Assembly: GCA_016839585.1 (NCBI GenBank)
Contig: JAEOTZ010000059.1
Location: 1 to 50,682 of the forward strand
Source: Promethearchaeota archaeon
GTDB lineage: Archaea > Asgardarchaeota > Lokiarchaeia > Sigyniarchaeales > SOKP01
Direction: 5' to 3'
Length of the DNA: 50,682 bases
Under the pieces are notes generated by a model. It was not told where the DNA came from. It saw nothing but the letters and a program-made list of their open reading frames with translations, and did no database searches. Of the stretch, positions 8,968 to 18,309 are shown piece by piece; position 1 is the stretch's first letter, and the number at the start of each line of letters is the position of its first letter. Position numbers and translations under genes: made by a program.

Positions 8968-10809
8968 TTATTCTTTTAATAACCATTGATCTGTGATAAG
9001 AAAGCTCTCCATAATTAGCTCTTTGAGAACAGGATTTTCTTTCAGCTGAACAGTTTGAAAGTTTTTTAAGAACTTGTTAAAAATTTGCCATATAGTAGAT
9101 TTTCTTTCCATATGGTCTGTAAAATACCCCAATTTTTGTTTTGCGAAATACGATTGCCCTTTAAATAAATAACAAACTAAAAAGTTCCCTACAGGATATA
9201 TAAGGATAGTATGGTTTCCAAATTTAGCACGATCCAAACCTTCAGAAAAAACTTCTTTACTAATTGAATCGAATGAAGTTAAAAAACCACTGAGGAGATC
9301 ATCTGAAAAGTCCCAATCTTTAGAAAATGTGTGAGAAAATGCTGGTATACCCCCTTCAGACATAACTAAAAGTAATAAGGGTTCCTCATCGGATAATTTT
9401 GGGATGTCTACTGTGCGTTTTTGTATCATTCTTTTCATTTCGTCTTCTATTTGGGTTAACGTCAATCTTTCACCTATTGGCGAATCTGATTTTTTTAATT
9501 TCTCCCACAAATCCATTTGTTTTAATAGTTCGTCATGTTCATTTGAAATTTTCATAGATAATCGATTAAGTCCGTATTTTTCGGCTATATGTTGAGCTTC
9601 AGATAATAATTGTCTAGCATTTTTAATATTAAAAGTAAGTAATGCAAGTCTGGCTTGTAAGAGTTTCGTTTCAGTAATTAAGGGATATGAGTTGTTTTTT
9701 TCAGCAATATCCAACAGACGAGAAAAATAGGGTTGCATTTCTTTTAATATCTCAAGATCGTTAGTATTACGTAGATCAGTTAAGAGCAAATCACAGAGAT
9801 TGAGCAAAGCATCAATATGAGCTTCGTATAAAACAACATCCTCCTCTACTGCTTTTCTCAATATCTTTTCAGCCTCAGAAAGATTACTAGCACGAGGATT
9901 TGCTTTCAATAATAAAGCTTTATTAATTAAATAGTCTAATTTGATAATTTCATATTCTTCTTGATCTTTAAGTTCCTTCATTTGATCTAAGTAATTTTGT
10001 GCTAACTTAAGATCACCTTTATCAAGGGCTATATGAAAAAGTGAATCGAGGATTATATGGATTTTAGGACTATTTATCTCCTTACAAAGAGCATAACTCT
10101 GATTTATACTTTCAAAAGCATCATCTAATTTACCTTGCATTCTATATACCCACCCTAAATTATTGAGAGCTATAATAATGTTCTGTTTATCATTTATTTC
10201 TTTAGCAACAGCTAATGCCTGGCTATGATATTTGATTGCAAGGTCTATATTACCTTTTATTCCATAGTAAGTACCTGTATTAAGTGTAAATTGCATTATT
10301 AATTTTTTATCATTTATTAGTTTAACAAGTTCTAAACCTTCTTCCAAGCATTTTTTAATAAGCTCTAAATTCCCTCTGGCAAAAAATATTCCTCCTTTTA
10401 TTAAGTACAAAGAGGCATGTTTTTTCTGAATTTCTGCGATAGGTTCTGGAAATTGGGCACTGATTATTTCTTCAGCTTTACCAATCTCGTCAAGAGCTTC
10501 TTCTAATTTACCAAGTCGCCAATAAACCCAAGCGATGAGATTTAAAGCATCAATTGATTTGTCATAACTCTTTAATTTTTTACTCTGCTCTAAAACTCTT
10601 TCTGCAAGGTTTTGTGCGTCTTTTAATTGTCCAAGAGCTAATAATAAAGAACTTTTAAGAATGTGTAAAGATAGTAAATCTTCTTCAGTAAAATCTTCTT
10701 CTTTTTCTAAATTAACTACGATTTGAAGAGCTTCTTCAAACTTATCAGCATTTTTGAGTTCTTCTGCTTGCTTTAATTCTTTTGATTTTAACTTAAGCAT
10801 AAAGTTCAA
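8968..10809 (-). CDS. TPR-repeat protein with a C-terminal longin-like domain
   Basis: TPR repeats (ALNNLGWVYRMQGKLDDA and similar); C-terminal ~135 aa with LLVMSEGGIP.FSHTF...LLSGFL...SKEV. Confidence 0.8.
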   Translation of the reverse strand: MNFMLKLKSKELKQAEELKNADKFEEALQIVVNLEKEEDFTEEDLLSLHILKSSLLLALGQLKDAQNLAERVLEQSKKLKSYDKSIDALNLIAWVYWRLGKLEEALDEIGKAEEIISAQFPEPIAEIQKKHASLYLIKGGIFFARGNLELIKKCLEEGLELVKLINDKKLIMQFTLNTGTYYGIKGNIDLAIKYHSQALAVAKEINDKQNIIIALNNLGWVYRMQGKLDDAFESINQSYALCKEINSPKIHIILDSLFHIALDKGDLKLAQNYLDQMKELKDQEEYEIIKLDYLINKALLLKANPRASNLSEAEKILRKAVEEDVVLYEAHIDALLNLCDLLLTDLRNTNDLEILKEMQPYFSRLLDIAEKNNSYPLITETKLLQARLALLTFNIKNARQLLSEAQHIAEKYGLNRLSMKISNEHDELLKQMDLWEKLKKSDSPIGERLTLTQIEDEMKRMIQKRTVDIPKLSDEEPLLLLVMSEGGIPAFSHTFSKDWDFSDDLLSGFLTSFDSISKEVFSEGLDRAKFGNHTILIYPVGNFLVCYLFKGQSYFAKQKLGYFTDHMERKSTIWQIFNKFLKNFQTVQLKENPVLKELIMESFLITDQWLLKE

Positions 10810-10874
10810 TTAAAAAAAGAAGTTATATTTGCTTAAAAGCCTTTTTAATCTGATCCTTATTGAGTTGAAGATAA

Positions 10875-11414
10875 TTATTTATATTTATTATATAATATAT
10901 CAATGATTGCGTTAAATGCGTTTATGACTCCTTGTCCAGTTTTTGCAGAGGTTATATAATATCCAATAAAATTTTGCTTGTCCACAATTTCTTGGATTTC
11001 AGAATGATCTATACTATTCTCATCAATTAAATCAATTTTGTTAGCGAACATAACTACTGGAATATTTTCGCAAAATTGATTAATATCTGAATACCAATCA
11101 GGAATATGAGCAAAACTATCTTTACCAAGGTCATTTTCTTCTAAACTATACACGATTATGGCTGCTACACTATTTTTAAAAAAAGAAGGACGTAAAAAAT
11201 TGAAAGTATCCTGACCAGCTATATCCCAGAATAATAACCTAATTTTATTTCCCTCAATCTCCTTGTCATATACAGAGAATTGGGCTCCTATAGTCTTGAT
11301 ATAATCCTCCTGAAAAGAACCTTTTGTAAACTTTTGTATTAAGGATGTTTTCCCTACTTGCCCATCTCCTATAACTGTAATCTTAAATCGGAACTTCTCT
11401 ACTGTTTCATTCAT
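10875..11414 (-). CDS. Rab-like small GTPase (Ras superfamily)
   Basis: G1 GDGQVGKT, G2 KTIG, G3 WDIAGQ, G4 NKID, G5 SAK; no C-terminal prenylation Cys. Confidence 0.95.
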   Translation of the reverse strand: MNETVEKFRFKITVIGDGQVGKTSLIQKFTKGSFQEDYIKTIGAQFSVYDKEIEGNKIRLLFWDIAGQDTFNFLRPSFFKNSVAAIIVYSLEENDLGKDSFAHIPDWYSDINQFCENIPVVMFANKIDLIDENSIDHSEIQEIVDKQNFIGYYITSAKTGQGVINAFNAIIDILYNKYK

Positions 11415-11558
11415 TTAATGAAATTGTTGATATATATATACTATTAAACAAATCTTGATTAATGTAAGATTTAATTTTTCTTTATATAAAATTTTAATTT
11501 ATTGCATTAGAAATCAATAAAATAAAAAATGAAAAAAATAAAAAATAAAAACAAATAA

Positions 11559-11756
11559 TTATTCCTTTTTAATCAATTTAGACAAATAATGCCACATCTT
11601 ACCATTACTTCCATAAGAATATGTTGATATTTTAATAATAGCTTTCCTTGAATTTTCTTTTGCATTATTATTGAATCTAAAATCAGATAAATTGTCTAAA
11701 ATTACTTCCTTATTTTGTTTTAAATCGGGGATTACTATTCTCTTACTCTCTGTCAG
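11559..11756 (-). CDS. Putative 65-aa small protein with a CTG start (not in the ORF track)
   Basis: GGAGGTGG SD-like motif, then GTTAAAT-CTG, then 65 open codons (LTESKRIVIPDLKQ...HYLSKLIKKE) to TAA; starts 24 bp downstream of the 138-aa ORF on the same strand. Confidence 0.55.
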   Translation of the reverse strand: MTESKRIVIPDLKQNKEVILDNLSDFRFNNNAKENSRKAIIKISTYSYGSNGKMWHYLSKLIKKE

Positions 11757-11780
11757 ATTTAACCACCTCCTTTAATATTA

Positions 11781-12197
11781 TTAAATAATTGTTTTTAATC
11801 CTTGAAAGAATTTTTCAGGAGAAATTCCATACAATAACGCTTTATGAAGTAACTGTAGCTTTATTTCAGCAGCACTAAAAGAATTTTCTCTATACTTTGA
11901 TTTTTCTTTTAATTCCTTTAGGATTATATATAGTATATACTCAGGTTTCTTATATTTACCAAAATATCCACCAAAAGCAGTGAAAAGATTTACCATCAAC
12001 TCAATATCATTTGTAGAAAATTTTTTCAAACATGATTCGCAGATAACTCTTGTATAAACTCCTGAATGGTAGATTGAAGCCCTATTTTTAATTTCGGCAC
12101 TACAAATACCACAATTCATCGAGCTATTAATTACATTAGGTTTTTTCCCAATAATTTGTGCCATTTTATATATCCACCACCTTTTAAATTTACTCAT
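11781..12197 (-). CDS. Hypothetical Zn-finger protein (CxxC...CxxC); probable real start is ATG 12164
   Basis: CGIC-x17-CESC, followed by a FGGYFG motif; GGTGGTGG precedes ATG 12164. Confidence 0.75.
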   Translation of the reverse strand: MSKFKRWWIYKMAQIIGKKPNVINSSMNCGICSAEIKNRASIYHSGVYTRVICESCLKKFSTNDIELMVNLFTAFGGYFGKYKKPEYILYIILKELKEKSKYRENSFSAAEIKLQLLHKALLYGISPEKFFQGLKTII

Positions 12198-12421
12198 AGG
12201 TCTTTAAATCCAAATTTAAATTTCTCAGGATGTAAATAATAATAATCAAGAGACTTTTTCCATCTTTTCAGTGCTCTACTCTTATCTATTATATCCAAAT
12301 CATCTGGGATTGTATAGATTTGACTAAGCTGATTTATCGAATCTCTCTTAATTTCATCTCTCTTAGTTTCAGATAAGAGTTCTTCAAATTCATATGATAT
12401 TTGTTTCTTAACTTCTGTCAG
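12194..12421 (-). CDS. Putative 75-aa small protein with a CTG start (not in the ORF track)
   Basis: GGGGTA-GTTAAAT-CTG, then 75 open codons (LTEVKKQISYEF...YYYLHPEKFKFGFKDL) to TGA, abutting the next gene. Confidence 0.6.
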   Translation of the reverse strand: MTEVKKQISYEFEELLSETKRDEIKRDSINQLSQIYTIPDDLDIIDKSRALKRWKKSLDYYYLHPEKFKFGFKDL

Positions 12422-12498
12422 ATTTAACTACCCCTTTTTTATTTCAAATTTTTGATATATTTATAAACATTAATTTTTCTATTTCGTAATTTTAATGT

Positions 12499-12543
12499 GG
12501 AGAGCTCAAATTGTTATTCAGAATATGAACAATTGAGCTCTCC
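12499..12543. promoter_or_regulatory. 16-bp-stem inverted repeat (1-nt bulge) upstream of the small-gene operon
   Basis: GGAGAGCTCA-A-ATTGTT ... AACAAT-TGAGCTCTCC. Confidence 0.5.
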
Positions 12544-12692
12544 TTTAACTAAGCCCTCTATTCTCTCTCTGAATTACCTTTCTATATAGTTGACAAATAA
12601 ATTTTACAAGTTCAGTATAATTTGTATCAGTATTTTTTTATTTTTCCGTTTATTTATTAATATTTATTAGATCAGAGTTTAATATATAGTTT

Positions 12693-12725
12693 TTCTCCAA
12701 AAACTCCAATTGGAGTCTTGGAGAA
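12693..12725. promoter_or_regulatory. Compound palindromic operator candidate
   Basis: TTCTCCAA-AA-ACTCCAATTGGAGT-C-TTGGAGAA: perfect 14-bp core palindrome plus 8-bp outer arms, between divergent genes. Confidence 0.6.
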
Positions 12726-12770
12726 GTCTCTGGATAGAAACATTTTTATAGATTCTTATACTATTTTTAA

Positions 12771-14774
12771 TTGAGAACTTCTAATTATTATGAAAAATAC
12801 TGGAAGATTATCTTGGAAAATACAATCAATTATCCCCCGAATGAACTTTTGGAACCTCCTTCCAAGTTGAGTAAACCTAATTTTAAATTAGTAATTCTTT
12901 GGATGTTAAATAACAACGAATTATGTACAAGTTCAGACTTTCTCGCAATTGAAAATTCTGAATCTGATACAGTATTTTCAAAATCAACATTATATAATTA
13001 TTTGAAAACTCTTATTGAAGAAGGTTATGTCAATAAAAGTACTTATAATAAATACCAGATTACTCCTAAAGGCAAAGATAGATTTTATGAATTATCTCAA
13101 GCGAAGTTTGCACGAAGAAAATTAAGTTATCCTCCTAAAGCAATCACGATCAAGAGGAACTATGACCACTGGATTCTATGGATGGTGTATAATAATAATC
13201 ATTGTAAATGGGCGGATTTCCTTGCACAACCTCTTTCTATTAATCAATCCTCATTATCAAAAAATATGAATTCATTAATCAATGATGGACTTGTAAGAAA
13301 AGAAAACAAAGAATATAGGATTACCCAGCTAGGTAAATCGACCTATTCTAATATGTTAAGAGAGTATGATTTAGATAGACAGTCAATTTTAGAAGCAGAA
13401 AGTAAACGAATTAGGGAGATAACTAAAAAGACTAAAAAATTCTTTGAGAAATTTAAACCAAAAGATAATAATATTAAGTTCCGATATCTCAATAATGTTT
13501 TAAAATTACCTTATGAAAATGAAAAGATTAAATCTACTTTAGATATAGAAGAAGATTTTAACAAAGTTTTACTTTTTCTTTCAATGAATCATCCAAATGA
13601 ATTTCCTCATTATACTTCTCCAGAAGATTTTTCTGAAAAATATGCTATTAGCCTTATTAAACTTAATTTTACAATTCTCCGTATTGTTGAAGAAGACATT
13701 TATCCTGTAAAGTTTTTTAAATTGGAAGTAGAGAAAGATAAAAATTATTTCTTTCAAGCAAATGAGAAATTAGAGAGAATGTTTAATGCTATTGTTGAGG
13801 AACATATTGCTAAGTTCACATATTTGCATAATTTATATGAAGAATATCCAGATGACACTCCTCCATTAACCTTGGAATTTACAGTTGAAGCCATTTTAGA
13901 TGAGATTTGTGGTAATTTATTTTCCAATGGATTAAGAAATGCTTTAAGGAAGTTTTTACCAGATTATATTCATTACTTAGCATATAAAATTGAAAAAGAG
14001 AAAAAACTAATAGATACATATGATAAATTGGAAGGATTAATTTGGCAAGAGATCCAGGCATATAATTTTAATAATCAACAAGTAGACTTTAGTGAGCAAA
14101 AAGGAGCCAACTATGATGAGGCTCTTAAAGAGATTGATAAAGCCATTAAATTGAAACCCAAAGACATTGATCTATATTATTCAAAAAGCAAAATCCTTAT
14201 TAATCAAAATCGATACAGAGAGGTATTAACTTTATTAGAAAAAATGCTAAAAGATTTTCCTCAAGAAGAGAAGAATATTCAAATAAAAAGGGCATATATT
14301 CTTAAAGAAATGAGAAGTACTGAAGCAGGTTTAGAGATTATTGAAAAAATGATTGAAAAATATCCAGAAGATAATGATCTTCTTAATTATAAAGCCTGTT
14401 GGTTACAATATCTAAATAAAAAAGAAGAATCTTTAGAAGTTATTCAAAAGCTTATAAAACGTGTGCCTGATAATGCTACTTATCATGATACCTACGGTGA
14501 AATTCTAATGTTCTTTAATGAACATGAGCATGCTATAGAAGAATTTCTAAAAACAATAGAGATAGGCAGTAAAAATTGGTATGCTTATCAGACGTACATT
14601 AAATTGGGGATTTGTTATAAAGAACTAGGAAATTATAAGTTAGCAGTTGAATATCTTAAGAAAGGAAAAGAATTAACAAATAAAACTCTTATTGATCCTG
14701 ATACAAAACGAAAATGGGTTGTGATCGCGGACCTTTTCCTTGCAGAGATTGATCAACTTGAAGCTGAGTTCTAA
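12771..14774 (+). CDS. Tandem winged-helix plus C-terminal TPR protein (putative transcription regulator)
   Basis: Internally duplicated unit ILWM..NN..C...DFL...S.L...L..LI..G.V.K...Y.IT..G (two copies); TPR repeats in the last ~230 aa. Confidence 0.8.
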   Translation: MRTSNYYEKYWKIILENTINYPPNELLEPPSKLSKPNFKLVILWMLNNNELCTSSDFLAIENSESDTVFSKSTLYNYLKTLIEEGYVNKSTYNKYQITPKGKDRFYELSQAKFARRKLSYPPKAITIKRNYDHWILWMVYNNNHCKWADFLAQPLSINQSSLSKNMNSLINDGLVRKENKEYRITQLGKSTYSNMLREYDLDRQSILEAESKRIREITKKTKKFFEKFKPKDNNIKFRYLNNVLKLPYENEKIKSTLDIEEDFNKVLLFLSMNHPNEFPHYTSPEDFSEKYAISLIKLNFTILRIVEEDIYPVKFFKLEVEKDKNYFFQANEKLERMFNAIVEEHIAKFTYLHNLYEEYPDDTPPLTLEFTVEAILDEICGNLFSNGLRNALRKFLPDYIHYLAYKIEKEKKLIDTYDKLEGLIWQEIQAYNFNNQQVDFSEQKGANYDEALKEIDKAIKLKPKDIDLYYSKSKILINQNRYREVLTLLEKMLKDFPQEEKNIQIKRAYILKEMRSTEAGLEIIEKMIEKYPEDNDLLNYKACWLQYLNKKEESLEVIQKLIKRVPDNATYHDTYGEILMFFNEHEHAIEEFLKTIEIGSKNWYAYQTYIKLGICYKELGNYKLAVEYLKKGKELTNKTLIDPDTKRKWVVIADLFLAEIDQLEAEF

Positions 14775-14868
14775 TAAACCACTTATCTGAATTATTTTCT
14801 TCTTTATTATATTTTTTAAATTCTAATAAAAAGAAATTATTTATAATAAATTATATAAATATTTACTA

Positions 14869-16029
14869 ATGAATTCAAGAGAAAGAGTAAATACAACCTT
14901 AAATCATAAAGAACCAGATAAGGTACCTATTGATTTAGGAGGGCATCAATCTGGAATTCACATAAAAGCATATAAAAGGTTGTTAGATTTTCTGGAAATT
15001 AATGATAATAATATTCAGTATTGTGATTTTGTACAACAAATCGCATTACCATGTGAAGAATTATTAGAAAGGTTTAATATTGATATTAGATATGTTCGTC
15101 CCTTAGGTGGGATGATAAATGTAAATGATGTCCATCCACAATATGAAGGAAAATACGTAGGAGTATATGATCAATTTGGTTGTTTTTGGGGAAATGACGC
15201 AAAGAAAGATTTAGATGAAATTTTATATTATGATCCAGTTATACATCCATTTGCTGATTTTAAAACCATTCAAGAAATTGAAAATTATGATTGGCCGAAT
15301 GGAAATGATAAAACCCCCTTTAAAGGATTAAGGGATTATGCGAAAAAGTTACGCATAACCACCGATTTTGCTTTATCTACTCCCCCTACAGGATGTATTT
15401 ACGAGTATACAACTTTTCTTTTTGGTTTTACAAGAGCATTAAGAAATTTACAGACAAAACCAGAATTGATTATCGCTGCAATGGAAAGTCTTTTAAAATA
15501 CTGGATAGATTATAATGTAACTTTTTTAAATGAAGTCGGTGAATATTTAGATGTTGTGTGTATTAATGGAGATTTGGGTGAACAAGCAGGTCCAATTATG
15601 AATTTAAAAATATATGAGAAAGTAATAAAACCAATTGAGAAAAAGCTTTCTGAAAAAATACATGAACTAGCAGATGTTAAGATCAATTACCACTGTTGTG
15701 GTTCTACTCCACTATTTATCCCTCATTGGGCAGGAATTGGGTATGATATTTATAATCCTGTTCAAATCTCCGCTTATGACATGGAACCTTGTAGTTTAAA
15801 AAGAAGGTTTGGTGAAATAATTACATTTTGGGGAGGTTTGTGTAATACGCAACAAACACTTCCATTTGGTATTCCTAAGCAAATTCGGGAAGAAGTTAAG
15901 AGAAATATTGATTGTTTTAAACCTAACGGAGGTTTCATTGCGGCAAATATTCATAATATAACAGCAGAGGTTCCTCCACAAAATATTGTTGCTATGTTTG
16001 ATGCTGCAAATGAATTTCGTAATTATTGA
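14869..16029 (+). CDS. Uroporphyrinogen decarboxylase / MtaA-CmuA family protein
   Basis: MNSRERV...HKEPDKVPIDLGG, GDLG, YHCCG, NPVQ, GGFI...HNI. Confidence 0.88.
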   Translation: MNSRERVNTTLNHKEPDKVPIDLGGHQSGIHIKAYKRLLDFLEINDNNIQYCDFVQQIALPCEELLERFNIDIRYVRPLGGMINVNDVHPQYEGKYVGVYDQFGCFWGNDAKKDLDEILYYDPVIHPFADFKTIQEIENYDWPNGNDKTPFKGLRDYAKKLRITTDFALSTPPTGCIYEYTTFLFGFTRALRNLQTKPELIIAAMESLLKYWIDYNVTFLNEVGEYLDVVCINGDLGEQAGPIMNLKIYEKVIKPIEKKLSEKIHELADVKINYHCCGSTPLFIPHWAGIGYDIYNPVQISAYDMEPCSLKRRFGEIITFWGGLCNTQQTLPFGIPKQIREEVKRNIDCFKPNGGFIAANIHNITAEVPPQNIVAMFDAANEFRNY

Positions 16030-16053
16030 GTAAAATTAAAATTATAAACTAAC

Positions 16054-17103
16054 ATGAAAATGAACTCATTAGAATTAACTTTATCAGCAATTAAGGAAAT
16101 ACCAGAAAAGATCCCCTTTAATCCTTTTATCATGCATCTTGCTGCTTCTTTATTAAATGTAGATTATAATCACGAATATTGTCAGAATCCAGAGGTATTA
16201 GCAAATTCAATGATAAGGTGTTCTGAATTCTTTGGAATAGATCATGTTAATGTATCTACAGATGCTTACCGTGAAGCGAATGCATGGGGTGTTGAAATTG
16301 ATTGGAAAAGCCACACACCTGTTGCCAAAACTCATTTAAAAATTAAGGAATTTGAATCTATTGAAACACCGGAGTTATTACAAAATAGAAGAATTAGAAA
16401 TAGAGTTGAGGCTGTAAAATTACTCTCAGGCAAAGTAGGAGGCAAACAATGCATTGTTGGTTGGATTGAGGCTCCATTTGCAGAAATATGTTGTCTATTT
16501 GGTTTAATAAATATACTTAAATTGTGTAAGCATTCTGACTGGGAAAAAAGAATAAAAAAACTTATCGAAAGAATTCTTCCAATCCAAAAAGAATTTGCTA
16601 GACTACAGATTGAAGCGGGAGCAGACATAATTGGAGCAGGAGATTCTGCAATTTCTCAAATAGGTCCTATGAGATATGAAAAATGTTGTTTAGAAACATC
16701 AACGGAATTATTTAATTATATTCAAAAAGATGTGCCTGTCTTATATCATATCTGTGGAGATAACTCCGTAATCGACAAAGAAGGGAGGGATATGCTAAAG
16801 CTAGTTTCAAAGACAAATGCTGCAATTTTAGATTTGGATTATCAAGTTGATTTGAAACTTGCGAAAGAAAAAATAGGAAAAAGTAATTGTATTAGAGGAA
16901 ATACTAATACTCAAGTTTTAGGCAGTGAAACATATTCAGTTATGAATGTTTATAATGAGATAAAAAACACCATTGAAATAGGAAAGCCAGGTGGGATGTA
17001 TCAATATGCAGCAGGGTGCGAATGGCCCTGGCAACCACTTACAATGGCAAGTCGAAATTTAGGAATTGCTAAAGCATTAATCGAAAAATTGGGGCGATAT
17101 TGA
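16054..17103 (+). CDS. MtaA/CmuA-like (URO-D fold) methyltransferase
   Basis: EA.AWG, GWIEAPF, AGADIIGAGD, and Zn ligands in YHICG and AAGCE. Confidence 0.85.
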   Translation: MKMNSLELTLSAIKEIPEKIPFNPFIMHLAASLLNVDYNHEYCQNPEVLANSMIRCSEFFGIDHVNVSTDAYREANAWGVEIDWKSHTPVAKTHLKIKEFESIETPELLQNRRIRNRVEAVKLLSGKVGGKQCIVGWIEAPFAEICCLFGLINILKLCKHSDWEKRIKKLIERILPIQKEFARLQIEAGADIIGAGDSAISQIGPMRYEKCCLETSTELFNYIQKDVPVLYHICGDNSVIDKEGRDMLKLVSKTNAAILDLDYQVDLKLAKEKIGKSNCIRGNTNTQVLGSETYSVMNVYNEIKNTIEIGKPGGMYQYAAGCEWPWQPLTMASRNLGIAKALIEKLGRY

Positions 17104-17131
17104 ACAGTAGTATTACATAAAAAAAATTATT

Positions 17132-18190
17132 TTAATCAGGAATATTTATTGGATAATTGCTATATTTTCTTCTTATATTTTGCATTGCTTCAAACCGATC
17201 TAGCGTTACCGCTGGATGAATGCTATGACCAGATCCAAAAATATATCCCCCTCCAGGTGCTAATTCCCTAATTAATCTCTTTGCATATTCCTCAATTTCA
17301 GATATATCTCCTAATGCTAACATCACAGGGTTTAAATTACCAGAAAATGTTATCTTATCTCCGAATTTATTATTCAATTTGAAGATATCATACTCTGGAT
17401 TCGCTGTAGTAGGTTCGAGAGGATTAACAACATCAACACCACAGTTAATTATATCTTCAAAAATTTCAGATAAATCTCCGTCAGAATGTAATAATATTTT
17501 ACAATCACGTTTATGAGCAGCATCACATATTCTTTTTAACCAAGGAAATACATACTTCTTATAATTTCTAGGAGGCATGAAAAGACCACATTTAAAACCA
17601 TAATCATCCCATAATAATATAACTTTTGCATCATTTTCAGCTAGCAATTTTACAAGCTCGAGAGTAAATGTTCCATAATCATCAAAGATTTGTTTAATTT
17701 GCTTTGGATTAGTTAACATTCTTGAAAATGTTTCTATTCCGAAGCCTTCCCAGTTATTTTCAAAAATACTTCCTGTTGCAGGAATAGAAAATACTTCATC
17801 TTTAAGTTTCTTTTGAACATCTCTCCCTAGTAAAAATTGGTTTAATCTCACTTCAGAATAAGGATCTGGTTTTTCCCAACTTTCATAGTCATCAAATGAC
17901 TCAAAAGATCCACCATGATATGCTAATATCATCGTTCCATCTTTATAATATTCAGTTTTCATGATTCTTCCATATTCATCAATATATCCGCCTTTCATAG
18001 ACTTTCGAGGAAAAACACTTACATAACTTAAAACTAAATCTATTTGAGCTCTACGGAAAAAATCATAAGTTACATAATAACCACGACCTTTAGTTGGATC
18101 AACTCCATAATGTCTCATAATTGTATAATTCGTAAATGCACTTTCAAAAGCCGGAACTCTATCTGGTTCCTCGTGATTAATAGCTTTCAA
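17132..18190 (-). CDS. Uroporphyrinogen decarboxylase family protein (probable start is ATA 18211)
   Basis: HEEPDRVP, DEYGR, DDYG, LHSDG, NPLEP, GGYIFGSGHSI. Confidence 0.87.
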   Translation of the reverse strand: MKAINHEEPDRVPAFESAFTNYTIMRHYGVDPTKGRGYYVTYDFFRRAQIDLVLSYVSVFPRKSMKGGYIDEYGRIMKTEYYKDGTMILAYHGGSFESFDDYESWEKPDPYSEVRLNQFLLGRDVQKKLKDEVFSIPATGSIFENNWEGFGIETFSRMLTNPKQIKQIFDDYGTFTLELVKLLAENDAKVILLWDDYGFKCGLFMPPRNYKKYVFPWLKRICDAAHKRDCKILLHSDGDLSEIFEDIINCGVDVVNPLEPTTANPEYDIFKLNNKFGDKITFSGNLNPVMLALGDISEIEEYAKRLIRELAPGGGYIFGSGHSIHPAVTLDRFEAMQNIRRKYSNYPINIPD

Positions 18191-18309
18191 TACTCTCTCT
18201 GGTGCCTTTATATTTATCCCCTAAATTTTAAGAATTTGGCAAATTAATAATAGAAATAATTATTTTTTTTGATTAATAAATGAAATTTCAATAAAAAAGA
18301 TATGAGAAT

